From Ramazzottius varieornatus (lineage: Eukaryota; Animalia; Tardigrada), in assembly GCA_001949185.1 (NCBI GenBank), contig BDGG01000003.1, forward strand, positions 4,895,092-4,959,091: a stretch of DNA of 64,000 nucleotides, in the 5' to 3' direction. Position numbers and translations under genes: made by a program. A model generated the notes under the pieces. It did no database searches, had not been told where the DNA came from, and saw nothing but the letters and a program-made list of their open reading frames with translations. Shown here in pieces: positions 1 through 12,908 of the stretch (position 1 is the stretch's first letter; each line of letters opens with the position of its first letter).

Positions 1-1038
1 TGAACATACGCAGCTAGGATGGTACGGTGGACAAACTCAAACTGTTAACTAAGAGCCTAAGGCTTATTAGGCTAGGACTTTCGTTCTTCTCGTCACATTC
101 CGCACCGAGCATTCAACTGGTTTGTCGTACCTGTGTGATAGACTTACCTGGTTCGATCAAGAAGAGGGGAGTTGCTGGTTGTTGTGGGAATGACGACACG
201 TTCGACGTGAGGCAAACCTAGTCCACGACTCCACCGTGCGGGACAACCAGTACTGTATCTGCATTATTAATGGACAAAGACATCATCGTGTGCGTAGTAG
301 CCATCCTTCTGTGCCAACTGATAGTTTATGTCTTCAGCGTGGAATGCCCACCGACGTCCCTTTGGACACTCCAGGCCCAAGAGATGGAACGGCTCAAGAA
401 GTTCACCGTCGATCAAGTAGTGCCTGACCACTGATGTGCTGCTGAACCAGGGAAGACGGACTTTCACGAACCGCATCTCGACTTATCTTCGCCGAATAGC
501 ACGATTCCTTCGATTCCTGCTCACTCACACTTTAAGGTTAAGAACTTCGCGAGGAAATAAAAGTTGGGTTCGCCGGTTGCCGGAAATTATTTCATTGTCG
601 TAGGCTGAAAATGTGTCGTTTCATTTTACGATTCAGAAGATGTGTCTTGACAACTAAGTTGTGTAGACTGCGGTTTTAATGGCATACGTTCCTTTGGGGA
701 CTAACACATTTAGTCACATGAAACTTTTTACCAAAATATCTCTTTTACGGAAATGAAAAATGATTACATTCGTCGAAGAGCGGTAGCTATTCACAAAGCA
801 TTTTCGTTACAACATGCGTAGGTGTCACTCGGTTATTGCTGCTGGTTGTCGTTCAAGAATCGATCATGCTGAAAATGGATGGACGCATATGGGAATAAAC
901 GCTTTCACGTGCTGAAAAGATCTGCGTAATTAGGGACACCAGTAGGGATTTGAAGAAGGGCTTTTCTTTGTCGGCTACATCCCGCGGCTTTTGTGGGACA
1001 TTGGTTATTTATAATGTCCCTTTTCTCGAACTGTCCTT

Positions 1039-4000
1039 TCAGGTGTCCTCCATAGGCATCAGCGCATGCCTAAAATTTATCAGAAATTTTGTTAGGAATT
1101 TCACGGTTATCTTACCAAAATTTCATGTACACTATCTTCAAAATGTTCGATTTCTCAAGTTTGCTGCAAATGTATTTTACAGTAATCTTCCAACTAGACG
1201 AATGGCGAGAGTTCGGCAAACCATCTAGACAAGACCGACCTTTGAGTGGCGCACTTTGCCAGCCAATTGCACTGTAAATGTGCACCGCCGAGAAAATAGC
1301 CAAACTCGACCAAATTGTTCTTCCAATTGGCGCGCGTTGTCAGCCGGTAGCATCGAGAAAGTGCGCCACTTGAGGAAAACATTCTTGTCTAACTGTGAGC
1401 CGAGTTCGTAGGCAGTCTTGAGATTTTTGAATTTCAGGGTGACGTGATTCTAGTTTTAGTGGAGGTTGATAATGATAGGAAATAGACTGACTTGGGTGAT
1501 TAAAATGTGCACTTACCATTTGGTGAACTCACGACCATATTCCCTCATGGTCAGGGACCAATGGCGCACTTCCGACTCTTCCGTGCTGCCATATCCCAGA
1601 AGGACTTGTCCCAAGGCCGTCGAACCAAAGAGATTTAATTTCGCATAAACGGTCACTTCCACGGTGGTGTGTTTGATGTCCTCCAGAGAGACTCCCAGCG
1701 TGAAGGAAAAGGCTTCCCGGTACAAAGGGTCCTTGGTTCGCTTCACAACCTTGGTCGTCTTTTTGCCAATGTGTTTGTCGTTCTGTATGACCTCCACCCG
1801 CACGAAGGTATCTGAAAGGTAGTTCTAAGTTCAAAGAAACCTTTAGCACGTTCAGGGAATAGAAATAGGCTGTTGAAATTTATCTACGAAATGTTAAAGA
1901 CTAAGGTTGGGAGCGGCCACAATTATGTGTATGGTATAATGAGTGTCTGATGCCTCACCTTTTTCATTTTTTGCGCTACTGGTATTTTTGGAATTTTGCT
2001 TTGACTAAGCACTTACCGGGAGGTCCGATCAGGGAGCTCTTGAGGAGCGCTTGGGCTTTGACGACGAGGATGGTAAGTTTCTTCGTTTGCTTGTTGAAGC
2101 GGGTTCTCAGCTGGAGATATCCGCACTCCTGTGAAGCCATGAAAAGAATAAAGACAGCTGTTCGCAAACCGCTTGACCAGAGAAGTTGCACGTTGCGCAG
2201 ATGGTTTGAACAAACGAGAACTTATTAAATTTGAAAATCGAAGTTTATAAAAGCATTCGCTAGAAGCTTTGAGAAGTTGCACAACGCGGGCGAGTTTGAG
2301 AAAAACGATGGGACAAACGACCGCTGCTGGTCGTGGTGGATTGTTCGGCAGTAATTAGCCCACCAAGTTAAAAAAAAGAGCCGGCTCGAATGCAAATCTG
2401 ATTCACTGATTGTCCGGAGTGGAGGCCCTGTGTTGCCCGGGCACCGATTACGCTCCCCAGTGCTTCTGGCCAGCCAGGGCATTACTGACGGCAGTTCGTT
2501 CATGTTTGAAATCTACGGGTGATTTTCTTCGTGATTCACGAACGAAGCTCCCCTTCGTTTCGTAAATCGCAAGGCGAATTACAAATCTTGAAGGTTTAAA
2601 CTTTTCTAAATGCAATCGTTTTGTCCAAACTGTCGTTTGTTCAAACCATCTGTGCAAAGTGCAACTTCTCTACCGTGTATGGATGCGCGAAATGTTTCAC
2701 CGGAAAAGAGCATTCAGTAGTTTGGGGAAAAAGCCCGGTGTTCTCACATCGCCTCTTTGGCGCTAAATTCTTGTCTTTATTAAGTAATTGATACCTTTTC
2801 TGGAAATTTCATTCATAAGCCTGCTTTGGCCAAGAACTGTGGGGTTGTCCAGATTACGCCATTTTATTACGACAGGTGTCAAAAAACGACAAGACACAAT
2901 GTGTAATTTTGGGCCTTAGCTGGACATGCTGTGTGGAGAATGTCTGGCAGGTATTAAACTGGAACCGAAAAATATGGTACACATTTCGAGGGACTAGACT
3001 GTTTTACACAAAGTATTTTTGGAATCTAGCACAATGACTATTCACTCCTCAAGCTTGTAATTTCCGGTTGTGTTCAACCAGCTGCTTGTATGGAAATTAC
3101 AGTTTAGTGCAAGTGTTCTCGCAGGCAGTTTAACTCTTGTACGAACCTGCGTGGGATTTTGGCATTTCTTTCTGAGATCCTTCCACATCCGGTTGTCAAC
3201 ATCCGGGTCGAGGCGCATTAGTGGCAGCAGAAGTTCACCGAGGTCGTCGTTCTTGAAGCGTTGTTGATTCTGCACGGAGATGCGTAGCATATGCGTTTCC
3301 AGCAACTCCCAATCCATGTCAGCGAAGAAGAACTCGTCGTTGAATACCGGGTTCTTCGTACCCTTCAGAAAATAATACGATGAAGGAAACACGGCAATTG
3401 TTCAAAATTGAGACATGGACAAAGAACGATTTGAACCAGAGAACTTTTCTAAGTGGCGCACTGTCCCAGCTAACATCACCAGAGACGTGCGCCACTTGAG
3501 GCAACCATCTGGTTCAGTTCGTTTGCCCACGTCCCAGTTGTCACTTCCGGTTTCGCTTGATGGTTGAACTGTCATTGCACCGTGAAGTAATATTCTTGAT
3601 TAAAAATATAGGTTGAAAATTTCCTGTTTGGTGAACTGAATACCTTGATCAGTTTGCCCGTTTGCTTCTGTAGTTTACCGGGTAAAAGCATAGCGGATAC
3701 GATGGGGTTGACCAGAGCATCTGTTTTGTAGCGTCCACCGATATTCTCTCCCTTGATGACCGTGACCTTAAGGCCTGATTTCTCCGGTATGTACTGTACA
3801 GATATTTTCAGTTCGCCCATATCAGCAATGAGCTTGGATTCCAATCGATTGGCGCTACGGCTCTTCTTTGGCTTCTCCATCTGGGAGATTTGGGCAATGG
3901 CCAGTTGAGGAGCCAGCGACAGTCTGCGGTCAATGAGAATCTTCTCTTTGGAGACCTCATACAGGCCTTTCTCGCAAAGGCTGTAGGTGGAACGTGAGAG

Positions 4001-5439
4001 CTCCGGCTCGTTGGACAGATTGGATAACGCCGAAGACCTGCGGCGGTTGAAGAGGCGAATATTATTATTTATTAATATTATTCAATTATTATGTTATTTA
4101 ATATTATTGTAGAGGCGGTTGCAGACCTGCGGCGGTTGTAGAGGCGATCGCGTTGCGGCGGCTTGAGACGGAGAGTTTGATCGGGCACCGGGTTGTCCCA
4201 GTACTTGGGGTCGGCCATCGAGTTCTCCGAGGGCGACAAGGTCAGCTGGATGGCGTCAATGTTCATCGTTTCGTCGTCATCGTCGGCTCCGGTAACGTTA
4301 ATGGAGATGGTCGGCATCAGCGAAGACCGACGACGACGCATCGTGCGGCTTTCCGGGGTGCGCCCACTTCGGCCACCGGGTGATGACGTCTTGGACACTT
4401 CTCCACTGTCCGTAGAGTAATACGAACCTATGCGAAAAGTAGGCCGCCATGCATTAGATTTTCTGACCAGCAGTTCGTCAACGAATGAGTTTGACGCTTT
4501 CCTGGCATTTACTCAATCGCCACCTGACGAAATACTGTAGCAAAATATCTTTTCGCATACTTTTAGCACTGTCACGTTGCAGCGATTAATAAAACAGAAC
4601 AGGGGTATACCTTCACAGGAGTTCGATCTACAGTAGCTCGTCATGAATTACTAGTTTCAGAGAAAAAATGCCACCAATATGATCGATCATATTTTTTGCT
4701 CTGTGGAATTTTGTCGCCTAAAACATTTTTATGGTTTCTGTCCATTTCGGTGTTTTGCAGACTGCATTCTTAAACGTGATATGGTGAGGCCGTGGTTTCG
4801 CAACGGTATCAAAGACCATTAAATTATGGAAAGCTGGCCTAATGCTGAAATATGAATTTGCTATACGGGAAATACATGATATTATTCAGACTGACTGTTC
4901 GGGGGTACAACTGTATTCTGGAACTTTCGAAATTAGGGGGACGATCGATAGCGGTGCGTACCTTGTCTGCTGACGGGGAAGCTGCCACTTTTATATTCGT
5001 AGGCGGTCGGCGCGATGGTCAGCCTGCGTTTGTCGTTGACCTTCATGGGCATGGAGACGACAGGACTGGAGGGGGCAGAATTGGGCTTGGTGAGGCTTTG
5101 TTCGGTATTGAGGCGAAGTAACTTGCGGTTGGGTTTGCCGGCGGAGCGGCTGCGTGCGTGCTCCAGGCCCTGCTTCATCTCCGCCACACTCTTGGGTATC
5201 TCAAACTTGGGAGCACTGTTGGGCGTCATGCCCATTGCGAAGCCGCCATCAAACAAGGACATTCGTCGCGAAATCTTGGGCGAAGGCGAAGGCGAAGGTG
5301 ACTGATGGCGCGCCACAGAAACGATGCTAAAGCGCTTGCCCGGCGACGTCGTCCGAGCCGCTGTGGCCACCGCCAGCTTCTTTTCCCTCACAAGGGACTT
5401 GATGGATGACCAACGTTTGTTGATGGCTGTTGAAGACAT
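1039..5439 (-). CDS. Synaptotagmin-like tandem C2-domain protein without N-terminal TM segment (multi-exon)
   Basis: Approximate exons 5439-4962, 4427-4127, 4037-3643, 3363-3147, 2130-2017, 1811-1517, 1069-1039. C2A: GELKISVQY..KVTVIKGEN..NPVFNDEFFF..LGELLLPL. C2B: GYLQLRTRF..DTFVRVEV..KKTTKVVKRTKDPLYREAFSF..LGQVLLG..RHW..KWHAL. Long Ser/Arg-rich N-terminus. Confidence 0.85.
1228..1390. repeat. Intronic hairpin repeat family, 2 units
   Basis: GAGTGGCGCAC...GTGCACCGCC and AATTGGCGCGC...GTGCGCCACTTG in the last intron of the C2 gene. Confidence 0.75.
2178..2672. mobile_element. MITE-like element with ~40-bp terminal inverted repeats
   Basis: Left CAGAGAAGTTGCACGTTGCGCAGATGGTTTGAACAAACGA matches the reverse complement of the right end, TAGAGAAGTTGCACTTTGCACAGATGGTTTGAACAAACGA. 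No TSD seen. Intronic. Confidence 0.7.
3432..3515. repeat. Intronic hairpin repeat family, 1 unit
   Basis: TAAGTGGCGCAC-loop-GTGCGCCACTTGA. Confidence 0.8.
4038..4126 (-). other. 89-nt AT-rich intron bounded by 25-bp direct repeats (putative recently gained intron)
   Basis: Direct repeats at 4034-4058 and 4123-4147 (1 mismatch), each containing CAG|GT on the minus strand. Removal restores the frame RDRLYNRRR|SSALSNL...MEKPKK. Confidence 0.8.
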
Positions 5440-7519
5440 GTCAACCAGATTTCCCGAAAGTTATACGGAATTCGGACGAAATTTCGATCCGAAGTAATAC
5501 TGTAATACTGATAACGCAGCTGGGCTCTGAAGCCGAGAACGCCTTTTCGCGACAAGACTAGAATGGAATGCGGACGAGTAATCTAAACGGGAAGTCCTGA
5601 TGGAAGAAGGGAGATGGATTCGGCTTGGTAAAGGTTGAGCTTAGGGGCATGAGAGATTGCCTGTGTGGGATGAAAGGCGATAAACAAGAAGAAGCGCTGG
5701 TTGGCTGTGCGCGGATGAGGCTGGCCATTTGGCCTAAAGCCTGCAATGCAATCCCCTGCGAAATATCATATTTAACACAAAGCCCTATTACGTCGGTGGG
5801 ATGGGGAGAAAGGAAGCCAGGAGGATACCGCGGGAATATTGTCCTGCATGAGACCTTGTGGGCTGCATGGGATGACTGAAGATAATTCGTCCAGAACGAG
5901 AAAGGTTGATCCCGGCGGATGTGAATATAATTAGCCCAGCTTCGTATATATTCGACTTGGTCCTACGTGGATAAACGGTCACGAGATGGATGCTCCTTTA
6001 CTCATGACCACAACAGGCATCTTGACGTAGTAAGGTCTTTCTTCGGCCTGTCAGCAACGGATGCGACGCGAACAGGGATTCGCCGAAAAACTGCGAGACA
6101 CAAGCTGATATTTTGAAGGAAAGCACAACATCGTCTGAAAGGCGAGAATGTATCACAAAGCAGACAGTGCTCCGAGAAGCGGCTTTGGAACACAGAACCA
6201 GGACGCTGTATCGTCTTTTTCGTCCACGTGAAACGAAAACCGGAGGAGGTCGGCCGGCGAACTCTGCAAGATGCTTTGACCAACCGGCGCACATTTCCGG
6301 TGTCGTGGATAAAAGAGTTTGCCGAGCTTGTTTGCTGTGCGGGTTCTTGGTTCTAGTCTACCTGTGATGGATCAAAGGGATGTACGGTTAGGACACCTTT
6401 ATAATTACTGGATCCTTACGGGTATTTACAAATTTTGTGGAAAGCCTCATGGGTTTTAATTTCAATCATGTCATGTCATTCCGGTTAGGTAGACCATAGT
6501 TGTAGTGTAGCTCGGGAATTTCCTCTCCTATCCTGGTTAGGTGCTTTCTGTCTTGCGAGATACAGCTGGTGTTTACTGTATGTGTACATACTGTATGCAC
6601 TCGAGACCCAGGAGGATGTTTTTTGACAAAATTCTTTTCCCAAAAAAAGGTTCATGGTCTCCGTTAAATTTTGAAAGTTTTGCAAAAAATCAACGATGTT
6701 CGTGTAACTTGTTGGCCGAGGCGAGGAGGTACTTGTTCTCTCACGAAGTTCTCTTGGTATGATAACACGTGAAACGAAACCACCTAGGCCGTTCTTACCT
6801 TTGTTTTAGAGCGCGGGTTATCATGCTTGTGTGGGTGTGTTGGGGACAAAAGCTTGGGCATCATAATTACACGCTTCTGTATAAGCCTATTGATAATGCG
6901 AGCGAGCGTAACCGTTGTATAAGCCTAATTTCATGGGTAATTCTAAACAACTATATTTAACTAATTTTTTCTATCATGCCAGCCATATTAGCCGGTCGGT
7001 CGGTCGTATAGCTTCAATTTGGAGGCCGACAGACGCCGTGTAGCCACTGGTTGTACGCACCTGCATACAGCAAATTTGTGCTGGTACACAGTATAAGTTG
7101 GATGCAGGTTGGGGTCATCTGCGCGGCGACCTGCCTACTGTGTTTCCGCTGGTTAGGGAGGTTGGAAAGTGAATGGAAGCAGTGGGTTTTGTGTAATTAG
7201 ACCACTGTCTTTTGACTCTGGTATTTTACGAGATGGTGTGGGCTTGTTAGAATAATGGGCAATTTTTTGCGCGCCTGCTCGTGCTTTTGATTATGGTCGC
7301 AATAATCACCACACATGTTATTTCGATGCTCTCATTCACCTTCTGTATATAATTCAAAGGCCGAAAACTAAAAGTGTCATATTACTTCTGCCGTCAGTAA
7401 TCCATTCATCAAGTATTTACCAGCCATATAATTTTCCATCCTTCGCCGTGACATAACCTATTATCATATTGACACAAAGGAGCGCCATCTTGACGGAAGG
7501 AAACCCGCACAAACCAACG

Positions 7520-8759
7520 ATGGCTTCTTCCCTGAAATTCCTGGTCGCCGCCTTCGCTGGACTTTGCATCTCTTTGGTAAGAATATTTGGAATATTTCCG
7601 GAAGATAGCCGTCGTTTATTCAAGTCCGTCGGAGCAAAATTTTGGGGATCTAGACAAGATGAGCAAGGTCTTTGTTCCAAGTGACGCACGCTTCCACTCA
7701 GAAATACTGATAGCGTGCGTCATTCGGGAAAAACGATCAAATTCTGTGCAGTCGATTTCGCAGGTGGCGCACACTTTGGGCCAACAAACTGTAGGCTCGC
7801 GCTACTTGGGCAGACGATCTTGTCGACCTTGTCTTTTTCTTCTGATAGGTGGCAGCACAAGTGCGTCCACAGAACCCAGGAGTCTGGGACGCTCTAGACC
7901 AACTGCGCGGTCATCCATCCTTGCCAACCCCGGACATCTCGGACCTCTTCTACAGTGTCCAGCCCGGAGTAGACTTCCCTGTCTACAGCGAAATCCCCAA
8001 GACCAGCTTCGACTGTAAGAAACTGTACAAGTCTGGCTATTTCGCCGACCCGGAAGCTCAGTGCCAAGTCTTCCATCGCTGCGACCAGGACTACGTCCAA
8101 TCAGACTACCTCTGCCCAAACATGACGGTAAGTCAATCAATTCGCTTTCTTCGTTCGTTCGAGGACTTTTTTGAACTTTTCCATCGGACTTATTTCTGTC
8201 TGTTTTTTTTCTCTCTTAGCTCTTCAACCAAATCACACTAACGTGCGTTTGGTGGTACGACGTTGACTGCAGCCAAGCCAGCAACTTTTACGATTACAGT
8301 AACAGTCGGCTGTACGCCGGTGAAGATGTCCGCTTCCTGGATGACCAGATGAACTATCAATCTGCCAGCTTCGACAACGTCGGTGGAAGCGCCACCTATG
8401 GAGCTGCAGCGCCCAAACCTTCCAAGGTCCGGTCAGCCGTCCGCTCCTCGGTCCGCAGTCACGGCTCAAAGACCTACGCTCAGCCACAGCCCACTGTCCG
8501 TCGTAGTCCACAGGACGTGTACAACGGTCGGGGTGGTGAGGCTCAACCGGCGGCCGTGGACATGAGCGCCCAGGACCAGGACCAGGACCAACCCTCGCAG
8601 GCTTTCAACAGTCAGAGTCGTAGTGGACAGAACGTGGCCGTCTTTGGACAAGCCTCCTCGGGGTCGCAGCAGTCCGACTTGGACCTCCTGGCTCAGCAGG
8701 ATGTCGACGCTCTTCCGCAGGTTTCCCGCCGCAAAAAGTCCCGCAAGCAACGTGCTTGA
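7520..8759 (+). CDS. Secreted chitin-binding type-2 (CBM14/peritrophin-A) protein, 3 exons
   Basis: Signal peptide MASSLKFLVAAFAGLCISL (7520-7576). Domain PKTSFDC..GYFADPEAQCQVFHRC..YLCPNMT|LFNQITLTCVWWYDVDC. Low-complexity Q/S/A tail. Confidence 0.88.
7660..7830. repeat. Intronic hairpin repeat family, 2 units
   Basis: CAAGTGACGCACG...CGTGCGTCATTCG and CAGGTGGCGCAC... in intron 1 of the CBM14 gene. Confidence 0.7.
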
Positions 8760-9578
8760 AGGCTTGAAGTGTGCTAGTCTCTGCCGTACTGTGCCTAACT
8801 TCAGCATATAGCATGTTTGTCAATTTTAACAATTGGATTTAACTGCGATATCCTTTCTACCTTCCCTTTCAACGGGAGATTAACACATAACTTTGATTTA
8901 TTTTCTAGGCATACCCTCGTTCAATATAAAGCTGATCGACAGCAGGTTGTGAACTTTGGTCGGTGCTTTTGGCTCTTCACAGCGCGCAGCGGCAATGAGT
9001 ACCAACGCTGGTGGAACCTTTGACAAGGCCGCCTCTCTTTCTTGGAAAAGCCGCATTTTTCTTCTGTTCTCCCGTCATAATCGGAACAAACATGAAGCAG
9101 CTACGAGTACAGGCTCGATCCGGCTAAAGGGTATTAATGTTGCTGGTAGGATATCAGGGCGAGACGGGCCCCAATTCGTTGTGTATATTTCAGTCCACTG
9201 TATGAGTGCTGATGCGACTTTTTGTTTTGGGGTAGCGACTGGCGACGATGCCGCTGTTGATTCGGAATCTTCTTAACATCAAGACTAGCTTTTCTTGGTT
9301 CTTTACTGTTTGGGTTTAATTGCTTGCAACTGTACACGCTTCGTTTGCACGAATGAATAAAGGAACCGTGCCGAAGAAAAGTTTAAAAATTCGTCTTGCC
9401 GTTGTCGTAATCGTATCACCAGATGTCGTCTGGAAATGCGAGCAGTGATTATCGGAGGCAGTCACTCTTTCAACCAGAAGTTACCATGCGACTGGCAGTT
9501 GCCCTTGTCCAGAGCCGTAGTCTGACGTACGGTCTGTTCCGCTCAAAGTCTGTGCTTTGTCCAGGTTGAGACTGTTGC

Positions 9579-10468
9579 ATGATGGCGGACAATCAGGAGG
9601 ATGGAGGCGCCAAGGATGGCGGAGTTGCGCCGTTAGCTGATGAAGGACAGGAGGAGGTGAAGGAGGAGGACTTGGTACCCATCTACCCTCTTGTCGTGGT
9701 AATTTGCCTGTCCTCCTAATCTTTACCCGCAGGTCTGCTCTGAACAGGATTGTAATGACGTTTAGGTCTTTTGCCACGTAGCAATGTGATATCAACCCCG
9801 AATGGTCGGAGGACGTGGTCGACAAAGTCAACAACTACTTTGAGAAGCATGCGACTAACTACGAGGTACTGGACCTTCTTCCTCCTTGTCTTCCCAGCGA
9901 CAACGCAAAAGTCGTTGGTCAACTGGGAAGCTCAGCAGAGAAACTCCACCAGATTCTTTTCTCAAGTGACGCATGCTTCCACCTAATGACACTGAAATGG
10001 TGCGCCGCTTGGGAAGCCGATGAAAGTCGGAAAGATTGTTTTCACAAGCGGCGCGTATTGGCGGTGGATTCAGCCGGCAGCGTGCGCCACTTGGAGAATA
10101 AGCCAAGAAGAGTTCCGTTTGCTCAAGTTCTCTTTTTATTTCAGGTTTTTGCAAAGACCATCAAGCTTTACATGGACGATAAATACGCGGTAGAAGGGAA
10201 ATGGAACGTCATCGTTGGAGACAGCTTCTCCCTGGATATGTTTTGCAACAAGGTACTTGGGGACTTTTGCTTCGTTCATCTTGATTAAATCGTTTCCGTC
10301 AGCGGCCAATCGATACTTGCAGTATATCCCTCTGACAAATCAACTATCAATAAAGGTCGAGGTCAACTTTTATTGGATAGTCCTCTATCTTATCCTTCGT
10401 TGCAGAATTCGTTAATGTATATTCTGGTCGGTGGAACAACGGCAGTTATCATGTGGAAATGCCCTTGA
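9579..10468 (+). CDS. DNAL4: Dynein axonemal light chain 4
   Basis: Four exons: MMADNQ..PIYPLVV|QCDINPEWSEDVVDKVNNYFEKHATNYE|VFAKTIKLYMDDKY..WNVIVGDSFSLDMFCNK|NSLMYILVGGTTAVIMWKCP*. Matches the DNAL4 pattern (PLV..DM..EKF..AKMIK..MDKKF..WHVVIG..GGT.AV..WKC). Confidence 0.85.
9945..10105. repeat. Intronic hairpin repeat family, 2 units
   Basis: CAAGTGACGCA...TGCGCCGCTTGGG and CAAGCGGCGCG...GTGCGCCACTTGG in a DNAL4 intron. Confidence 0.75.
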
Positions 10469-11328
10469 CGAAAAATATTCCTCTCATGACTTTTTATAAA
10501 CCGGAACAATCGTGTTTGTGTTTCGATAAGACATGTGCTGGCGAATGTTCCTTCTTTAGGTTTTTATACTGTGATGACTACCGGTGTCAGAGGTCATCGT
10601 CTGAAAGATTTTCGACCACGCCCAAAATTTGCTTTTATTTCTTTTGTAATTCTCTTTTGGATAACGTGGTGGCTTGAACTATTCTCCACGGCGTACATTT
10701 CGTGATGATGACATTTTCAAGTCAATAGTCCATGAAACATTAAATGATTCGGAAGGACGTGTTTCTCAGCAGCATCGATTGGTAGTGGAAGCGATAATGG
10801 AGTTTCGTTCAGTATCCTTCCTCATCCACCAGTCTCCAGTTACTCACTTCCGTGTGGGACCTGGCCTGGGCGCAACGAGGAGACCCGCAAAAGCCGATGC
10901 AGCGCGCCGGCTGTACAGTATGTATGCGCGCATGCCTGCCTTTCCGGATATCGTCTGGCAAGCATGCATTGGTCGTACCTTCCCTTCTGTCAATCTTCCC
11001 AGCGAATCTTGCTGCATCGCATCCTGTCAACGATTTTTTTTCTCCACTTGGTCCTGTCAGCATCCCCGCCGAAGCTCATCGATCGCATCAAAGCGCTTCT
11101 GCAATCTTCATGAGCGAGGGAGCGAGATGGGGCACTCAACTTAGTGAAAGGCCCATCAAATGCAGCTTTACAGTCACGAGTCTGGCAACAAGGGAAGGCT
11201 TTACCCTGCATGTTGACTTTCTCTTCCTAGTGTGAACTAGTGATAGATATTGGCTGCAGTATCTGCGTTGAAGGCGAGTAGCGTGCGAAGGTCAGTCCAT
11301 CGGGGATCTACTCGTATCAGCCGTAGAA

Positions 11329-12620
11329 ATGGCTGGGGAATCTAGACCTGCCACGAGGCAGCCTGAGGCCAAGCAATGCACAACGGAGTTGGCCAAGAAG
11401 GCCTGCCGTCTTCTGGACAAGATCTGGAACTCCAACATGCAAGCCACCATCGGCGATATTAGTCGCTTGTTCTGGGCACAGGGCTTCTGCAACCTCTTCT
11501 GCTCCCTGATCCTCATTAGCTTCTCCGGCATCTGCTCTACGCGCAAATACAGTAAAGGATATTCCGTCCTTTTTCTGGGCATTTTTTTCTGGTGGTGATA
11601 TCCAAGTTACTTTGCAGATGATGATTGCGAGGGAGAGGCCCAGTACCTGGAGGAAGACGATCGACAAAGTCTGGCCATCCTCTGTGTGATCGTCGGCTTG
11701 GTCGGTTTGATGCAGTCAGCCATCAACGGCGCCACCCTGGCTCGCCTCATGGTACTGATTGCTCCTCAGACGGAGCTCTCCAAGGCTTGGCTCCGTCAGG
11801 TGCAAATGAACCAGACTCTCGGACAGGAGACCAAGGCTGCCTCCACGGCAGAGTTCAGCGACCCCCAGGACTTGCAAAAAAGTAAGTGTGCATCCTACTT
11901 TGGCTGAAAATTAATCGAATGAAGAAACGTAAACAATGGAACTCACCAGATCGTCACCTCAACTGACGCACACTTCCAGCCAATACCACCGTTAACGTGC
12001 GTCACTTAGGAAAAATGATCTGGTTGAGTTTGTCGGGTTTTCCGAGATGGCGCATGATGGCAGTTTTGTTGGCTGGAAGAGTGCGCCACAAGGGAAAATG
12101 CCGCGGTCGAGCGTATCGAGCCTTCCCCAGTCGCGCACGCTTCCGGCGTTATTCACTACAAGAGTGCGTCACTTGGGAAGGAAGGACGTCGAGTCGTCTT
12201 GCCGAATGCAGAGTTTTGTTTTCAACAGGTGCTCGTCGATTCCGCATTCGTAATGTGGTCTTCGCGGTAACCACCCTGTTGACGGCTTTGGGATCAGCCT
12301 TTATGGTAACGGGGCTGGATGCCTGGTTCACCGACTTCGGGCTGGTCCTGGGAGGCTACATGGCCGCACAGATCGTCCAGGTGGGCTTCCTGCTGCGGGG
12401 AGCCTTTGTCAGCATTGACGGAAAGGCCGCCAACGAACTGCAGCGCTCTGTTAGCATCGAGATGGGGGGCGATGCTGGTGCAGGTGGCGCTGATGGAGAA
12501 AATGGCCTTTTGATTACGACAGAGAACGAAGTGGCGCAGCTGAAGTCGGCCTTCACTCAGCACATTCAACTGAAAGATGGCAACTCGGAGGGCAACCGCG
12601 TTATGACCGTCGAGGTCTAG
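11329..12620 (+). CDS. Uncharacterised multi-pass membrane protein (about 4 hydrophobic segments), 3 exons
   Basis: Approximate exons 11329-11551, 11618-11881, 12229-12620. Hydrophobic stretches LFWAQGFCNLFCSLILISFSG, SLAILCVIVGLVGLMQ, NVVFAVTTLLTALGSAFMV, FGLVLGGYMAAQIVQVGFLL. Family not recognised. Confidence 0.65.
11945..12200. repeat. Intronic hairpin repeat family, 3 units
   Basis: Three stem-loops of the CAAGTGGCGCAC/GTGCGCCACTTG type at ~80-bp spacing. Confidence 0.75.
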
Positions 12621-12908
12621 GTCGAGGTAGTCTCCATTGCTTACGCTGTTGCTTATCGCTTTCTGACGGACCTTTGTCTGCCTGGCTTCCACGTTCTGCG
12701 GCGAGACTCAAGTTTCAGCCGCCGCTTGATGCACAACATTTATTCTTGAGATTTACGAATGCGTTGCTGTGAAGTCCAAAAAATATGGATGGAATAGTTG
12801 TGCAGTGCTGTCTGCGCAAGATGGACGTCTGTTCGCGGTGTGGCGCATGTTGAGTTGCTTTTCCCCACACTGTTAAACGTTTTCTTCACAAGCAAACCTT
12901 CATCTGTA

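Noticed and set aside
27-476. Short ORFs and a possible minus-strand exon (donor near 147) at the window start
   Set aside because: No recognisable homology and no consistent splice model; it may belong to a gene extending out of the window.
10674-11235. Overlapping 127-156-aa ORFs between DNAL4 and the TM gene
   Set aside because: Non-ATG starts, no motifs, and no supported exon structure.
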